DNA of 64,000 nucleotides from an uncultured Gammaproteobacteria bacterium. GTDB lineage: Bacteria > Patescibacteriota > Microgenomatia > Daviesbacterales > UBA10151. The DNA lies in the NCBI GenBank assembly GCA_964636275.1, contig CAZWRN010000001.1, positions 22,070-86,069 of the forward strand. Reading direction: 5' to 3'. Position 1 is the stretch's first letter; the number at the start of each line of letters is the position of its first letter. The notes under the pieces are model-generated. The model ran no database searches. It was given only the letters and a program-made list of their open reading frames with translations, and was not told where the DNA came from. A program made the position numbers and the translations under genes. Positions 27,606-37,427 of this stretch are shown piece by piece.

Positions 27606-28435
27606 TAACATCACTTTTTGACACTATCTTTTTTGGCCCGATTGTTAATGTGTTGGTGCTTTTGGTGCGTGGCCTGGAAGGAATGGGCGTTCCAGGTGCT
27701 TTAGGAATTGCCATAATTGTCGTAACTATTTTAATTCGGATTTTGGTTTGGCCACTGATGGCAACTCAGCTGAAATCGGCCAAAAAATTGGCAGATTTAA
27801 AGCCACACATGGATGAGTTAAAGAAGAAACATAAAGATGACAAACAGGCTTTGGCTAAAGCCCAGATGGATCTTTATAAAGAACATGGTGTAAATCCGGC
27901 TGGAGGCTGTCTCCCCCTTTTGATTCAAATTCCGCCAATGATTGCTATCTACCAGGTCATCTATGCTTTCTTTGATGGAGATCATGGCCTCAACCGCATA
28001 AATGGGGTTTTATACAACCAGGACTGGGCTTTAAGCCAGGTCCCAAATTTGAATTTCTTTGGAATGAATCTGGCGGATAAGCCTTCAGATTTTGCTCGAG
28101 TTGGTCTGATTATTTTGATTGTTCCCCTCATAACTGCCGCTTTGCAATTGGTTCAATCACGTATGATGACCCCCAAGGCGGTTCCTGTAAATAAGAAAGA
28201 CTCAAAGAAAGAAAAGCAGGAAAAAGAATCAATGGAGGATGCTATGGCTTCGATGCAGGGGCAGATGATGTTTATCATGCCTTTAATGATGGGATATATT
28301 TCTTATACCTTCCCCATAGGTTTGGCATTGTATTTAAACACCCTGACTATCGTTGGGATCTGGCAACAATATCTGATCTCTGGTTGGGGCGGTCTGGAAG
28401 ACTGGGTCAAAAAACTTTTTCCGAACTCTAAATAA
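27596..28435 (+). CDS. yidC: YidC/Oxa1 membrane insertase
   Basis: LGIAIIVVTILIR...PL, LYKEHGVNPAGGCLPLLIQIP, P.GLALY. Confidence 0.95.
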   Translation: MQIITSLFDTIFFGPIVNVLVLLVRGLEGMGVPGALGIAIIVVTILIRILVWPLMATQLKSAKKLADLKPHMDELKKKHKDDKQALAKAQMDLYKEHGVNPAGGCLPLLIQIPPMIAIYQVIYAFFDGDHGLNRINGVLYNQDWALSQVPNLNFFGMNLADKPSDFARVGLIILIVPLITAALQLVQSRMMTPKAVPVNKKDSKKEKQEKESMEDAMASMQGQMMFIMPLMMGYISYTFPIGLALYLNTLTIVGIWQQYLISGWGGLEDWVKKLFPNSK

Positions 28436-28452
28436 CTCTTTATAATTAACAG

Positions 28453-28590
28453 TTGCTAATTTGTGCCTAATCTAATATACTTGCGTTCATAAGGACTTGT
28501 TCGTTTTTTGGAAAGAGTATTTTACCAAAAATCTCACAAAACCTTTCCTTTTAAAATCTGCCGATTTTAAGAGGAGAAAGATTTTAAAAC
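28453..28590 (+). promoter_or_regulatory. Promoter and structured 5' leader of jag
   Basis: TTGCTA-17-TATACT; the hairpin CTTTTAAAATC-TGCC-GATTTTAAGAG overlaps the AGAGGAG RBS. Confidence 0.55.
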
Positions 28591-29037
28591 GTGGAAGAAA
28601 AAGTTTCCGAATTACTTGAAAATATTTTAGGTTTACTGGGTCTTGAAGGATCTTTTGAAGTGGAAGAAAAAGAGGATTCGATCTTTGTATCTATCGATAC
28701 CAACGAACCAGGTAAACTGATTGGTAAAATGGGTGAAACTCTGGCTGCTTTACAGTTGATTCTCAATTTAGCATTATCCCGATCGGTTGGGATGGAAAAC
28801 TCCAAGAGAGTGGTTGTCGATGTGTCTGATTGGAGAAAAAGTAAAGAAGAGGATTTAGCTCACAAAGCACGAGGTTGGGCTGAGCAGGTTTTAGAAACCA
28901 AAGAGCCGATGGAATTACAGCCGATGCCAGCCTGGCAACGACGAATTGTTCATATGACTATTGAACAAACTGCTGGTGTAAAATCTGAAAGTGCTGGTGA
29001 AGGTGCGGAACGTCATTTGATCATCTCCCCTGAATGA
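28591..29037 (+). CDS. jag: Jag/KhpB-like KH-R3H RNA-binding protein (no Jag_N domain)
   Basis: LIGKMGETLAALQ (KH) and PM...QRRIVH (R3H); follows yidC. Confidence 0.88.
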   Translation: MEEKVSELLENILGLLGLEGSFEVEEKEDSIFVSIDTNEPGKLIGKMGETLAALQLILNLALSRSVGMENSKRVVVDVSDWRKSKEEDLAHKARGWAEQVLETKEPMELQPMPAWQRRIVHMTIEQTAGVKSESAGEGAERHLIISPE

Positions 29038-30260
29038 AGATCTTAAATCGGTTGAAGGCATTCTCGCCTGCTTCCCTTGAAAGATGGTTTTTTTCTTTAT
29101 CAATTATTCTACTTCCTTCCCAACTAGGTAAACATTTTTGGCCCGATTGGAGCTACGTATTTTCATTAAAAATTGATTATTTGGCTATAACCATCTATTT
29201 TTGGGATATACTGGTGGTTTTTTTGTGGATTTTGTATTTGACAAGACCAAGATTAAACTTAAAGGCGGCTAGTTTATCTGGTATTTTTTTATTTACAGCC
29301 AGTATATCGATGTTTTTTTCAGACAATTGGCAAGTCGGATTTTCCAGATTGATCAATTGGATACCGGCTGGGTTGTTTGGTATATATATTGCTTCTATTT
29401 CGAGTGCAGAATTAATTAAAAATTTACAGAAATGGCTACCTGTAAGTGTTGTTCTGTCTGCACTGATAGCTTTTTTGCAGGTCATAACTGGTGCTGATGT
29501 CGGGTTGTGGATACTGGGAGAAAGAAATTTTTCGTTGAATACAACCAACATAGCCACTTTTAACTGGTATGGCGAGGTTTTTTTACGGCCATATGCTACA
29601 TTTGCTCACCCCAATGTTTTTGCAGCCTACATGTTGCTATCAGGAATGATTTTGGTGTTTTTATCCGGGATTAAAACCTCATTGCAAAAAATTTATCAGC
29701 TGTTGGTTGCGGCCTCAGTACTAGTAAGTTTTTCTCGAGCCTCTGTAGCTATTTATATCTCTTTAGTTTTGTTCCTGCTACGAAAACAGCTACTCATTCT
29801 AACAATGCTTTTTTTGCTTTTCTCACCATTTTTGTTTATTAGATTTGATTCAGCATTTAATTTTGATAGATTGTCACTCATTCGACGCGAGGAACTGGCA
29901 GAAACTGCAATTGTAATATTTACTAAAAATCCCTTATTTGGAGTGGGTTTGAACAACTTTATACCTGAGGCGATGTCTTCTGCTTTTATATCCGGGACCA
30001 ATCGCTTTTTGCAGCCTGTACACAATATATTTCTACTTGTACTGGTAGAATCAGGATTAATTGGTCTGATTGGATTTTTGTTGTTTTTATTTGGGCCGAT
30101 ATTGCTGCATAAACCTTCAAATTTATTAACTAAATCGCAAGGGGTCGGTTTATTGCTGATTATTATATTTTTGGGGATGGTTGACCACTATTTTTTAACT
30201 TTACCTCAAGGGCAGCGCGTTCTTTTTTTAGTTTGGGGTCTGTTATTGGCGAGAAAATGA
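29034..30260 (+). CDS. O-antigen ligase-like (Wzy_C) membrane protein
   Basis: RPYATFAHPN, SFSRAS, PLFGVGLNNF, PVHNIFLLVLVESG. Confidence 0.85.
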   Translation: MKILNRLKAFSPASLERWFFSLSIILLPSQLGKHFWPDWSYVFSLKIDYLAITIYFWDILVVFLWILYLTRPRLNLKAASLSGIFLFTASISMFFSDNWQVGFSRLINWIPAGLFGIYIASISSAELIKNLQKWLPVSVVLSALIAFLQVITGADVGLWILGERNFSLNTTNIATFNWYGEVFLRPYATFAHPNVFAAYMLLSGMILVFLSGIKTSLQKIYQLLVAASVLVSFSRASVAIYISLVLFLLRKQLLILTMLFLLFSPFLFIRFDSAFNFDRLSLIRREELAETAIVIFTKNPLFGVGLNNFIPEAMSSAFISGTNRFLQPVHNIFLLVLVESGLIGLIGFLLFLFGPILLHKPSNLLTKSQGVGLLLIIIFLGMVDHYFLTLPQGQRVLFLVWGLLLARK

Positions 30261-30290
30261 GTAATCTGATAATTTGTTACAATTACTGGC

Positions 30291-31511
30291 ATGGAAACTA
30301 TAAAAAAAATAATCCATCAGGTGAGTTGGCAAATGGGATCAAAGATTTTAACAGCCGCTTCCACCATCGCTACACTGTCATTCGTTACCAGATCATTTGG
30401 TGAGACTGGTACTGGAGTATACACTCTGGCTTTGACATACCTTGCCTTTTTTTACTTAGCAGCGGATCTTGGTTTGAACGGGTTTTATTTAAGTAGTTAT
30501 CGTGATGATCCTCTATTACCCAATAAATTGTTTAATTTCCGGCTGATTTGGAGCTTTTTATTAATACTGATTGCGTTAGGGCTACTCCCTTTTTTGCCTT
30601 TTTCAACCACCCCGTTTATCTTGACGGTAATTATTGGTGCTACAAGTATACTCTTTAACGGTTTTTACAATTCAGCCAACTTTGTTTTCCAGCATGAGTT
30701 GGCTTATTCTAAATCCTCAATTGCTTTAGCCGCGGGATCATTGATGAGTCTGGCTGTTGCAGTGGTATTTTATACTCTCCAAATGCCTGTTTATATATTC
30801 GTACTGGCGCCTCTTGCGGGGTGGATGTTAACTGCTTTTTTGTGCTGGATATTTGTTAAGCGTTATTATCAGATTAAGCTTGCGAAAATAGATTTAATGT
30901 TTCCGGTTGAGACTTTAAAAATAGCCTGGCCCGTAGCCGCTACTTTGGTCATCAACACACTTTATTTTCGGATAGATGCTTTTATACTTTCATCAACCCA
31001 GTCCTTTGCAGTTACTGGAGCTTACAATTTAGCCTATGCTGTTTTTCAAAATTTATTGGTTATCCCAGCTTTTATAATGAATGGGTACTACCCTCTTATG
31101 CTGAGGTCCTTGAGGGAAAATACGTATCAGTTTTACCTTCATCTTAATAATGCAGTTTTTATAATGCTTGGTTTAGGGATTGTCGGGGCGGTTGGTTTAT
31201 TTGTTTTCTCGGATATTTTTATTGACCTTTTGACTGGCGGTGGATTTAAAGATTCAGTTGTGACACTGCATATTTTAGCTACTTCACTCCCCGCTTTCTT
31301 TTTATCAGCTCTTTTGATGTGGGTATTGATGGCAAAAAAGATGTATAGACAGTTATTAGCAGTTTATTTGACAGCTTTGCTTTTTAACTTTAGTGCAAAT
31401 TGGTATTTAATCCCTCTTTATTCGTATCAGGCGGCGGCTTGGGTGACAGTTGGTGGTGAATATTTAATTTTAGTGTTACAGCTTTTTACGCTTTATCGGC
31501 ATAGAAGTTAG
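30291..31511 (+). CDS. Polysaccharide flippase (Wzx/MOP family)
   Basis: About 12 TM; ADLGL, YFRIDAFIL...GAYNLAY, LIPLYSYQAAAW. Confidence 0.85.
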   Translation: METIKKIIHQVSWQMGSKILTAASTIATLSFVTRSFGETGTGVYTLALTYLAFFYLAADLGLNGFYLSSYRDDPLLPNKLFNFRLIWSFLLILIALGLLPFLPFSTTPFILTVIIGATSILFNGFYNSANFVFQHELAYSKSSIALAAGSLMSLAVAVVFYTLQMPVYIFVLAPLAGWMLTAFLCWIFVKRYYQIKLAKIDLMFPVETLKIAWPVAATLVINTLYFRIDAFILSSTQSFAVTGAYNLAYAVFQNLLVIPAFIMNGYYPLMLRSLRENTYQFYLHLNNAVFIMLGLGIVGAVGLFVFSDIFIDLLTGGGFKDSVVTLHILATSLPAFFLSALLMWVLMAKKMYRQLLAVYLTALLFNFSANWYLIPLYSYQAAAWVTVGGEYLILVLQLFTLYRHRS

Positions 31512-31579
31512 AAATTTATCAACTAAATTTTTCTATCTTCAAAACAGATCGCCAATCTTCTATCATCTACATTCAAGAT

Positions 31580-31996
31580 ATGGATTTAATTATTTATACA
31601 GATGGTGCATCTCGGGGTAATCCAGGTGATGCATCATACGGATATATTATTTATGCCAGAGGGGGAGAAATTCTTCGACAAGAAGGAAAAGTGCTAGGTG
31701 TGACTACCAATAATGTGGCGGAGTATACAGCGGTTTTAGCAGCGTATCAGTATATCTTAAACAAATGGGGAAATGAAAATTCTTTAAAAATTGAGTTACG
31801 AGCTGATTCCCGGCTTGTAATAGAGCAGCTTGCGGGAAGATTTAAAATCAAAAGCCCACATCTAATTGAAATATTTAAACAAATTAAACAAATTGAATCT
31901 AAGTTAGGACTAATTCACTATAAACATGTTCCCAGGGCGGAAAATTTTATAGCAGATAGATTGGCAAATCAGGCTCTTGACGCACAACTAACATGA
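31580..31996 (+). CDS. rnhA: Ribonuclease HI-like protein
   Basis: YTDGASRGNPG, TNNVAEY, DSRLV, HVPRAEN..ADRLAN. Confidence 0.9.
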   Translation: MDLIIYTDGASRGNPGDASYGYIIYARGGEILRQEGKVLGVTTNNVAEYTAVLAAYQYILNKWGNENSLKIELRADSRLVIEQLAGRFKIKSPHLIEIFKQIKQIESKLGLIHYKHVPRAENFIADRLANQALDAQLT

Positions 31997-32496
31997 GAGA
32001 ATCACGTTTATATCTGCAGTTTATTAGGGATTTTGGCCTACTGTTTGTTTTGTTTGGTCTTATTGGTTTAATAATTGCTTTTTATCTACTTAAACAACAA
32101 CCTACAGTTTATGTCAGTGAAAGAATGTATGAATTTGATTACTCAGTGGAAAATGCCGCTACTGTTGAAAAACAATCTGAAGAAGTCGTAACAATCCTTA
32201 GATCACCTCAGTTAAAAGAAGAGCTACGGTTGTCTTCTTCAGATATAGCGATATACAAACCAGGTCCGTTTTCCATTGCTCTTCAAACAAAAGATCCTAA
32301 TGCTGAAAAATCGATGAGCAATTTAGTTGTTTTATCCGGTTATCTGACGGGAAAATACCAAGTAAACCAGGTTGGAAAAGAAATTTTTTTTGTTGAGCCC
32401 AAGCCCTACTTTAAGTATTTTATCGCTGGAATAGTACTTGCAGAATTGGTGGCCTTACTCTTTTCACTGACAATATCCTATTTTAAACGGTACTAA
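31993..32496 (+). CDS. Two-TM protein, possibly Wzz-like chain-length regulator
   Basis: TM-loop-TM topology in a polysaccharide-gene context. Confidence 0.5.
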   Translation: MRESRLYLQFIRDFGLLFVLFGLIGLIIAFYLLKQQPTVYVSERMYEFDYSVENAATVEKQSEEVVTILRSPQLKEELRLSSSDIAIYKPGPFSIALQTKDPNAEKSMSNLVVLSGYLTGKYQVNQVGKEIFFVEPKPYFKYFIAGIVLAELVALLFSLTISYFKRY

Positions 32497-32546
32497 ACAT
32501 TCCTCCTCGGCTGGTAATTCTTCACGTTTGGGGCTACAATTTATAT

Positions 32547-35531
32547 GTGGAAGAAGCTGCCGATTCGAGAATCCTCAATAAGCGTATTTTAGTTTCGCGA
32601 AACCATCCAGTAGCTTTTGTCGTGGGAGTTTCTGGGTTCATTGGATCTCATTTAGCCGAGAAATTGCTTGATAAAGGAATTCAAGTGATTGGAGTAGACA
32701 ATCTCTCTTCGGGAAACAAAGGCAACCTAATAGATTGTGTGAAAAATGGTAATTTTCACTTTCTAAATGAAGACATCGCTGATAATCAGACAGTAAAAAA
32801 ATTATTAAACCTTATCTTGCCGCGGATTGATTACGCTTTTTTCGTTGCAGAAAATGGGAAAACAAGTTCAGTATATTCCCACGGATTGGTAAATTTTTTA
32901 CATTTCCTTAAAGAGGCCCGAGATCGGATTGCTGAAGATAAAGATACGGCGATGTCAGAGGAAAAGCCAAAGATATTGATGGCTTCATCTACTGATTTAT
33001 ATGACTCTAAGCTCGCTCGGAATAAACGGGATTTAAAAGAAGCTGAGGTCAAATTTGCTAAATTTGTCCGATATTACAAAATGAATGCCCGGGTGGTGCG
33101 ACTTTCCCCAGTCTTTGGACCACGGATGCATTTTCGAGAAAGTGATTCAGTAGTGAGGCTACTTCAAGTGGCTTTAAATGGTGATTTACAAAAAGAACAA
33201 GTAGATAATGACTTTAGCACCAGATCAATTTTTATAAATGATGCTGTATCTTTGCTTATAAAAGCGATGTTTTCTGGAGGGACTTCTCATAAAATTTATG
33301 ACGGTTCCCTACTCCAGCCCGTCAAGATTGCTGAAATAAAACAGATATTGCTCGATCCCCTTTGGCACGAAGAACGAAATTTTAAACCAACTGAACTCCC
33401 CCCTTGGCCAACACCAAATCTTGAAAAAACCATGACTGAATTAAGCTGGAAGCCTAAGACACCGATTGTTGAGGCTTTAAAAGAAACAATTGTTTATTTT
33501 AAACATCATAGTGAGGAAGTGCCTGAGAGTTCATATAGTAAATTCCAAGAAGAAGGGAAAAAGTGGTCTTTTTCCAATCCGGAAATATTTGGACCAGATA
33601 AGTCCATGGAAAAGAAAGAACCTAGTCGAAGTTTATATTCATCTGAGGAGGATGATAAGATCCGATCGGTTAAATGGGAGAAATTCAAACAAGGGGTCGG
33701 AATGTTAATCTTGACAAGTATTTTAGTGATGGGTTTGATTTATCCATTTGGATCGTTGGCGGTGGGTGGAGTCATGATGAAAAACAATGTAGCCAATACA
33801 CAAAAAGCCTTGGAAGAAGGAGATTTTGATAAAGCTAAATCTGAAATAGGTATGGTAAGAAAAACCATCGGTGATACAAATGAGATGTTAAATTCAGTAG
33901 TAATACTGAAAAAGATTGGATTTTTAAATCAGCCTTTATCTGTCGCAGATGAAGGGGTGATGGTAATAAAAGAGGGGGTTGAGGGGATTGAACACGCTAT
34001 TGTAGGGAGTGAGGCTCTGTTTCAGACAACTAAAATTATCTCTGGTGAGGATCGTTCGGATCCAAAGCCAAATTATGAAAAAGCTCAGACTGAGTTGGTG
34101 GCGGCTAGTGAGAAGATTTCTAAAGTAAACGCTAAGCTAAAAGATGAAAACTTTTTAAATAGCTTTCCGGAGGTGATAAAAGATCGTCTGGTCGATTTGC
34201 AAGGTAGAATCGGGCTTTATCAGAAATTAGTTGACCAGGCACGAGTTGCGGCGATCTTATTGCCGGAAATTACTGCGGTAGAGGGTAAAAAGTCGTATTT
34301 AGTATTGCTGCAAAACAATCTTGAGCTGCGCCCGGCGGGAGGATTTATTGGTTCTTATGGTAAATTTGATTTTGAGGCTGGAAGGCTGACTGGTATAAAA
34401 GTGGATGATATTTATGCCCTGGATGGTCAATTGAAGGATGTGATCGAGCCACCAGCTGAGATTAAAACTCATTTAAATGTTGATAGGTGGTATTTGAGGG
34501 ATTCTAATTATGACCCGGATTTTCCGACATCTGCCAAGCAGGCGAGCTTTTTTTACAAAAAAGAGGGTGGGGATCTAATTAATGGTGTGGTTGCGCTAGA
34601 TCTGACCGCATCAGGTAAACTGCTAAACGCGGTGGGCGGACTTGATTTACCGGAATATGGAGAGAGTGTGGATGGGGACAATTTATTTGAACGGGCTATC
34701 TCTCATGCTGAGGTTGGTTTTTTCCCAGGATCACAAGCCAAAAAAAATTATTTAGTGTCTCTACAAACCCAGCTCTTTAATAAAGTATTCTATCTATCAA
34801 AACAAAATTGGCCGGCTATCATTCAGGCTCTGGGATCTTCCCTTGAACAAAAACATATGATGGTATATATGGAAGATCCCCGGCTTTTTTCCTATATTGC
34901 CTCTCAGAATTGGGCAGGTGTGATGCCACGCGGTGGGGTAAAAGTAGCTGGGGAGACGAGTGACTTTCTAGCAGTTAATGAAGCCAACTTGTCGGCTAAT
35001 AAATCAAACTATTATTTGAAGCGTTCTTTGAATCTGGAGACCGATATAGGTAAAGATGGGGGAGTGAAACACACTTTGCGGATCTCGTATAACAATACCT
35101 CTCCATCTAGTGTCTTTCCGGCTGGTACATATAAAAATTTCTTTAGAGTTTATATGCCTTTGGGAGCCAAGATAAACAAAGCAACAATAGGGGAGAGTGA
35201 TATCACTTCCCAGATGGTAGCTTTTTCTGATTATGGTCGTTCTGGATATTCTACATTCTTTGAAGTAGCTCCTCAGGAGACTAAAAATCTGGTGATTGAA
35301 TACACACTGGCTGACCCACTGGCATTTAAGAATGGGGTAGTGAATTATCGTCTGGATGTACTAAAGCAAGCTGGAGTAATTGCTGATCCATTTAACTGGA
35401 CTTTGAACTATCCGATTAACTACGAAATATCGGATCTGACCGAAGAGTCTTCATCTCAGACCCAACAACTTAAAATTTCTAGCGATTTATTGGAAGACAG
35501 ATCATTCCAATTAAAAGTTAAACAGAAGTAA
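32547..35531 (+). CDS. Fusion of NAD-dependent epimerase/dehydratase-like domain, TM and DUF4012 domain
   Basis: GVSGFIGSHL..LL..G..VIGVDNL; later YLVLLQNNLELRPAGGFIGSY, LRDSNYDPDFP, NKSNYY. Confidence 0.85.
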   Translation: MEEAADSRILNKRILVSRNHPVAFVVGVSGFIGSHLAEKLLDKGIQVIGVDNLSSGNKGNLIDCVKNGNFHFLNEDIADNQTVKKLLNLILPRIDYAFFVAENGKTSSVYSHGLVNFLHFLKEARDRIAEDKDTAMSEEKPKILMASSTDLYDSKLARNKRDLKEAEVKFAKFVRYYKMNARVVRLSPVFGPRMHFRESDSVVRLLQVALNGDLQKEQVDNDFSTRSIFINDAVSLLIKAMFSGGTSHKIYDGSLLQPVKIAEIKQILLDPLWHEERNFKPTELPPWPTPNLEKTMTELSWKPKTPIVEALKETIVYFKHHSEEVPESSYSKFQEEGKKWSFSNPEIFGPDKSMEKKEPSRSLYSSEEDDKIRSVKWEKFKQGVGMLILTSILVMGLIYPFGSLAVGGVMMKNNVANTQKALEEGDFDKAKSEIGMVRKTIGDTNEMLNSVVILKKIGFLNQPLSVADEGVMVIKEGVEGIEHAIVGSEALFQTTKIISGEDRSDPKPNYEKAQTELVAASEKISKVNAKLKDENFLNSFPEVIKDRLVDLQGRIGLYQKLVDQARVAAILLPEITAVEGKKSYLVLLQNNLELRPAGGFIGSYGKFDFEAGRLTGIKVDDIYALDGQLKDVIEPPAEIKTHLNVDRWYLRDSNYDPDFPTSAKQASFFYKKEGGDLINGVVALDLTASGKLLNAVGGLDLPEYGESVDGDNLFERAISHAEVGFFPGSQAKKNYLVSLQTQLFNKVFYLSKQNWPAIIQALGSSLEQKHMMVYMEDPRLFSYIASQNWAGVMPRGGVKVAGETSDFLAVNEANLSANKSNYYLKRSLNLETDIGKDGGVKHTLRISYNNTSPSSVFPAGTYKNFFRVYMPLGAKINKATIGESDITSQMVAFSDYGRSGYSTFFEVAPQETKNLVIEYTLADPLAFKNGVVNYRLDVLKQAGVIADPFNWTLNYPINYEISDLTEESSSQTQQLKISSDLLEDRSFQLKVKQK

Positions 35532-35847
35532 AAATTTCTAATTACTCTAATTTCTAATTTCTAATTTCTAAACAATATTAAAAACTTTAATTTTTTAGAA
35601 ATTACTAATTAGTAATTAGAACTTACCTTCTACTTATCCACCGGACTCTGTAAAGTATAAATTACAAAGTATAAAGTATAAAACTCTGAAATTGAAGCTA
35701 ATTGATATGGTGGGGTTCTTCTCTTTTCGGTTATCCTCCGGACTCTTTTGCACGTATAGGTCTAGTAAGTGGATTAGTTGATTGGTTAATCCGTTAATCA
35801 GGATTTTTTGCTTTTCCGATGAACTAGTTCACTGTTTAACCAATTAC
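35531..35847. repeat. Cluster of three periodic elements (TTTCTAA palindrome, AAAGTAT tract, 8-nt GATTGGTT palindrome)
   Basis: 35531-35622 (tttctaa)n/(ttagaaa)n; 35650-35682 (aaagtat)n; 35771-35847 gattagtt-gattggtt-aatccgtt ... aactagtt-cactgttt-aaccaatt. Confidence 0.75.
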
Positions 35848-35894
35848 TTTCTTATGGTTGAATTCGTGAGGCTAAACGTGATATAGTACTCCCC

Positions 35895-36656
35895 ATGGAC
35901 AAGATTAATTTAAAAGCACAAGAACGAACTGTATTGGGAAAGAAGGTTAAGGCTCTACGAAAAGCTGGTATTATACCTGCTCACGTATTTGGAAATACCA
36001 AAGAGGTTGAACACGTTCAGGTCGATGTTAAAGACTTTATGGCTGTATTACAGCAGGCCGGCGAGACAGGGCTGATCAATTTGCGAATAGGTGAAGAGAA
36101 GGTCAGACCGGTATTAATCCGAGAAACTGACTTTGATCCGCGAAATGGTTCTCTCACCCACGTTGGTTTTTATCAGGTCAATTTGAAAGAAAAAGTTCAG
36201 GTACCGGTGCCAATTGTATTGGTAGGTGAAGAACCAGAATCTGTCAAAATGGGTGAGCATATCGTATTGCAAAATTTGTCAGAAGTGCAGGTGGAGGCTT
36301 TGCCGACAGACTTAATTGAAAATATCGAAGTTAATATTGAGGTTCTGAAGAATGTTGATGATGCTGTGACCGTTGATCAGTTGAGCTATAATCATGATCT
36401 GATTACTGTTTTAGCTGAACCAGAAGAGGTAGTGGTAAAACTGGCTCCGGCAGTGACTGAAGAGATGAAAGCGATGTTGGAAGAGGCTGATGCTGAAGCC
36501 GCTGCCGCAGCTGAAGAAGCGGAAGCCGCTGAGGGTGAAGAAAAAGCTGAAGGTGAAGAGGGTGAGGCTGCTGAAGGAGAAGACGGTGCTGAGTCTACTG
36601 AAGGTGAGTCTACAGAAGAAAAGCCAACTGAAGAAAAATCCGATTCTGCTGAATAA
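35895..36656 (+). CDS. rplY: 50S ribosomal protein L25/Ctc with acidic tail
   Basis: R...GKKVKALRKAGIIPAHVFG, HVGFYQV, VEALPTDL. Confidence 0.95.
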   Translation: MDKINLKAQERTVLGKKVKALRKAGIIPAHVFGNTKEVEHVQVDVKDFMAVLQQAGETGLINLRIGEEKVRPVLIRETDFDPRNGSLTHVGFYQVNLKEKVQVPVPIVLVGEEPESVKMGEHIVLQNLSEVQVEALPTDLIENIEVNIEVLKNVDDAVTVDQLSYNHDLITVLAEPEEVVVKLAPAVTEEMKAMLEEADAEAAAAAEEAEAAEGEEKAEGEEGEAAEGEDGAESTEGESTEEKPTEEKSDSAE

Positions 36657-36661
36657 TCTAT

Positions 36662-36940
36662 ATGTCCTCCCTATCTGAATTAGAAACCCGCATTATTGCG
36701 ATTGAAAAGCGCAATCAGGAGGTTGAGTTAAGTAAAGCCTGGGAAGGCTCATGGACACGAAAGTTTCTAATTATTTTCTTCACTTATATCTCAATATCTT
36801 TTTATCTCTATTTCATCGTTGGTATCGATCCTTGGATTAATGCAATAGTCCCGGCACTTGGTTTCCTTTTGTCCACCTTAACTCTTCCCTATTTTAAGAA
36901 ATGGTGGGGTATGAGAATATACAAGAAGAATGGTGTTTAA
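36662..36940 (+). CDS. Small two-TM hypothetical protein
   Basis: RN..VE..KAWE.SWTRK motif followed by two TM helices. Confidence 0.75.
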   Translation: MSSLSELETRIIAIEKRNQEVELSKAWEGSWTRKFLIIFFTYISISFYLYFIVGIDPWINAIVPALGFLLSTLTLPYFKKWWGMRIYKKNGV

Positions 36941-37427
36941 AAACTTCGTTACCTCCTTTGTTCGTCAATGGAACTTTGTTCGTTCTGAAACTCTTGATAT
37001 CCTTGATTCATTAGATGACCAGAAATTGCTCTATCGACCAACTGGTTCAAATAAATGGCAACCTCTCTACTACCAATTTACATGTATAGCTAGAACGCAA
37101 ATGGTTTATGCCAAAGCCATTAAAGAAGGCAAAATGGATTTTAAATGGTTTGAGAGTGATGAGTTTCCAGACAAGTATCTGTTTAAAACAAAATCAGATT
37201 TGAAGCAGTTACTGGATAAAGCAGATAAACTTTGGAGTGCCGCTATTGTGGACCACAGAAGAAATGAAGAGTTTCAAGTAGCCTGGCCAGGATTTAAACA
37301 ATCTCTTCCTAACCATATTGTTTCTCTTATCTCTCATGAGCGGATTCATCATGGTGAGCTGATTAGTTATCTGACTTTAGGTGGATTTAAACTTCCCAAA
37401 AACTTCAAACAAAATTGGGCTCTTTAA
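36930..37427 (+). CDS. DinB/YfiT-superfamily protein
   Basis: R..T...L..L.D..L.YRP...; C-terminal HERIHHGEL..YL. Confidence 0.75.
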   Translation: MVFKNFVTSFVRQWNFVRSETLDILDSLDDQKLLYRPTGSNKWQPLYYQFTCIARTQMVYAKAIKEGKMDFKWFESDEFPDKYLFKTKSDLKQLLDKADKLWSAAIVDHRRNEEFQVAWPGFKQSLPNHIVSLISHERIHHGELISYLTLGGFKLPKNFKQNWAL

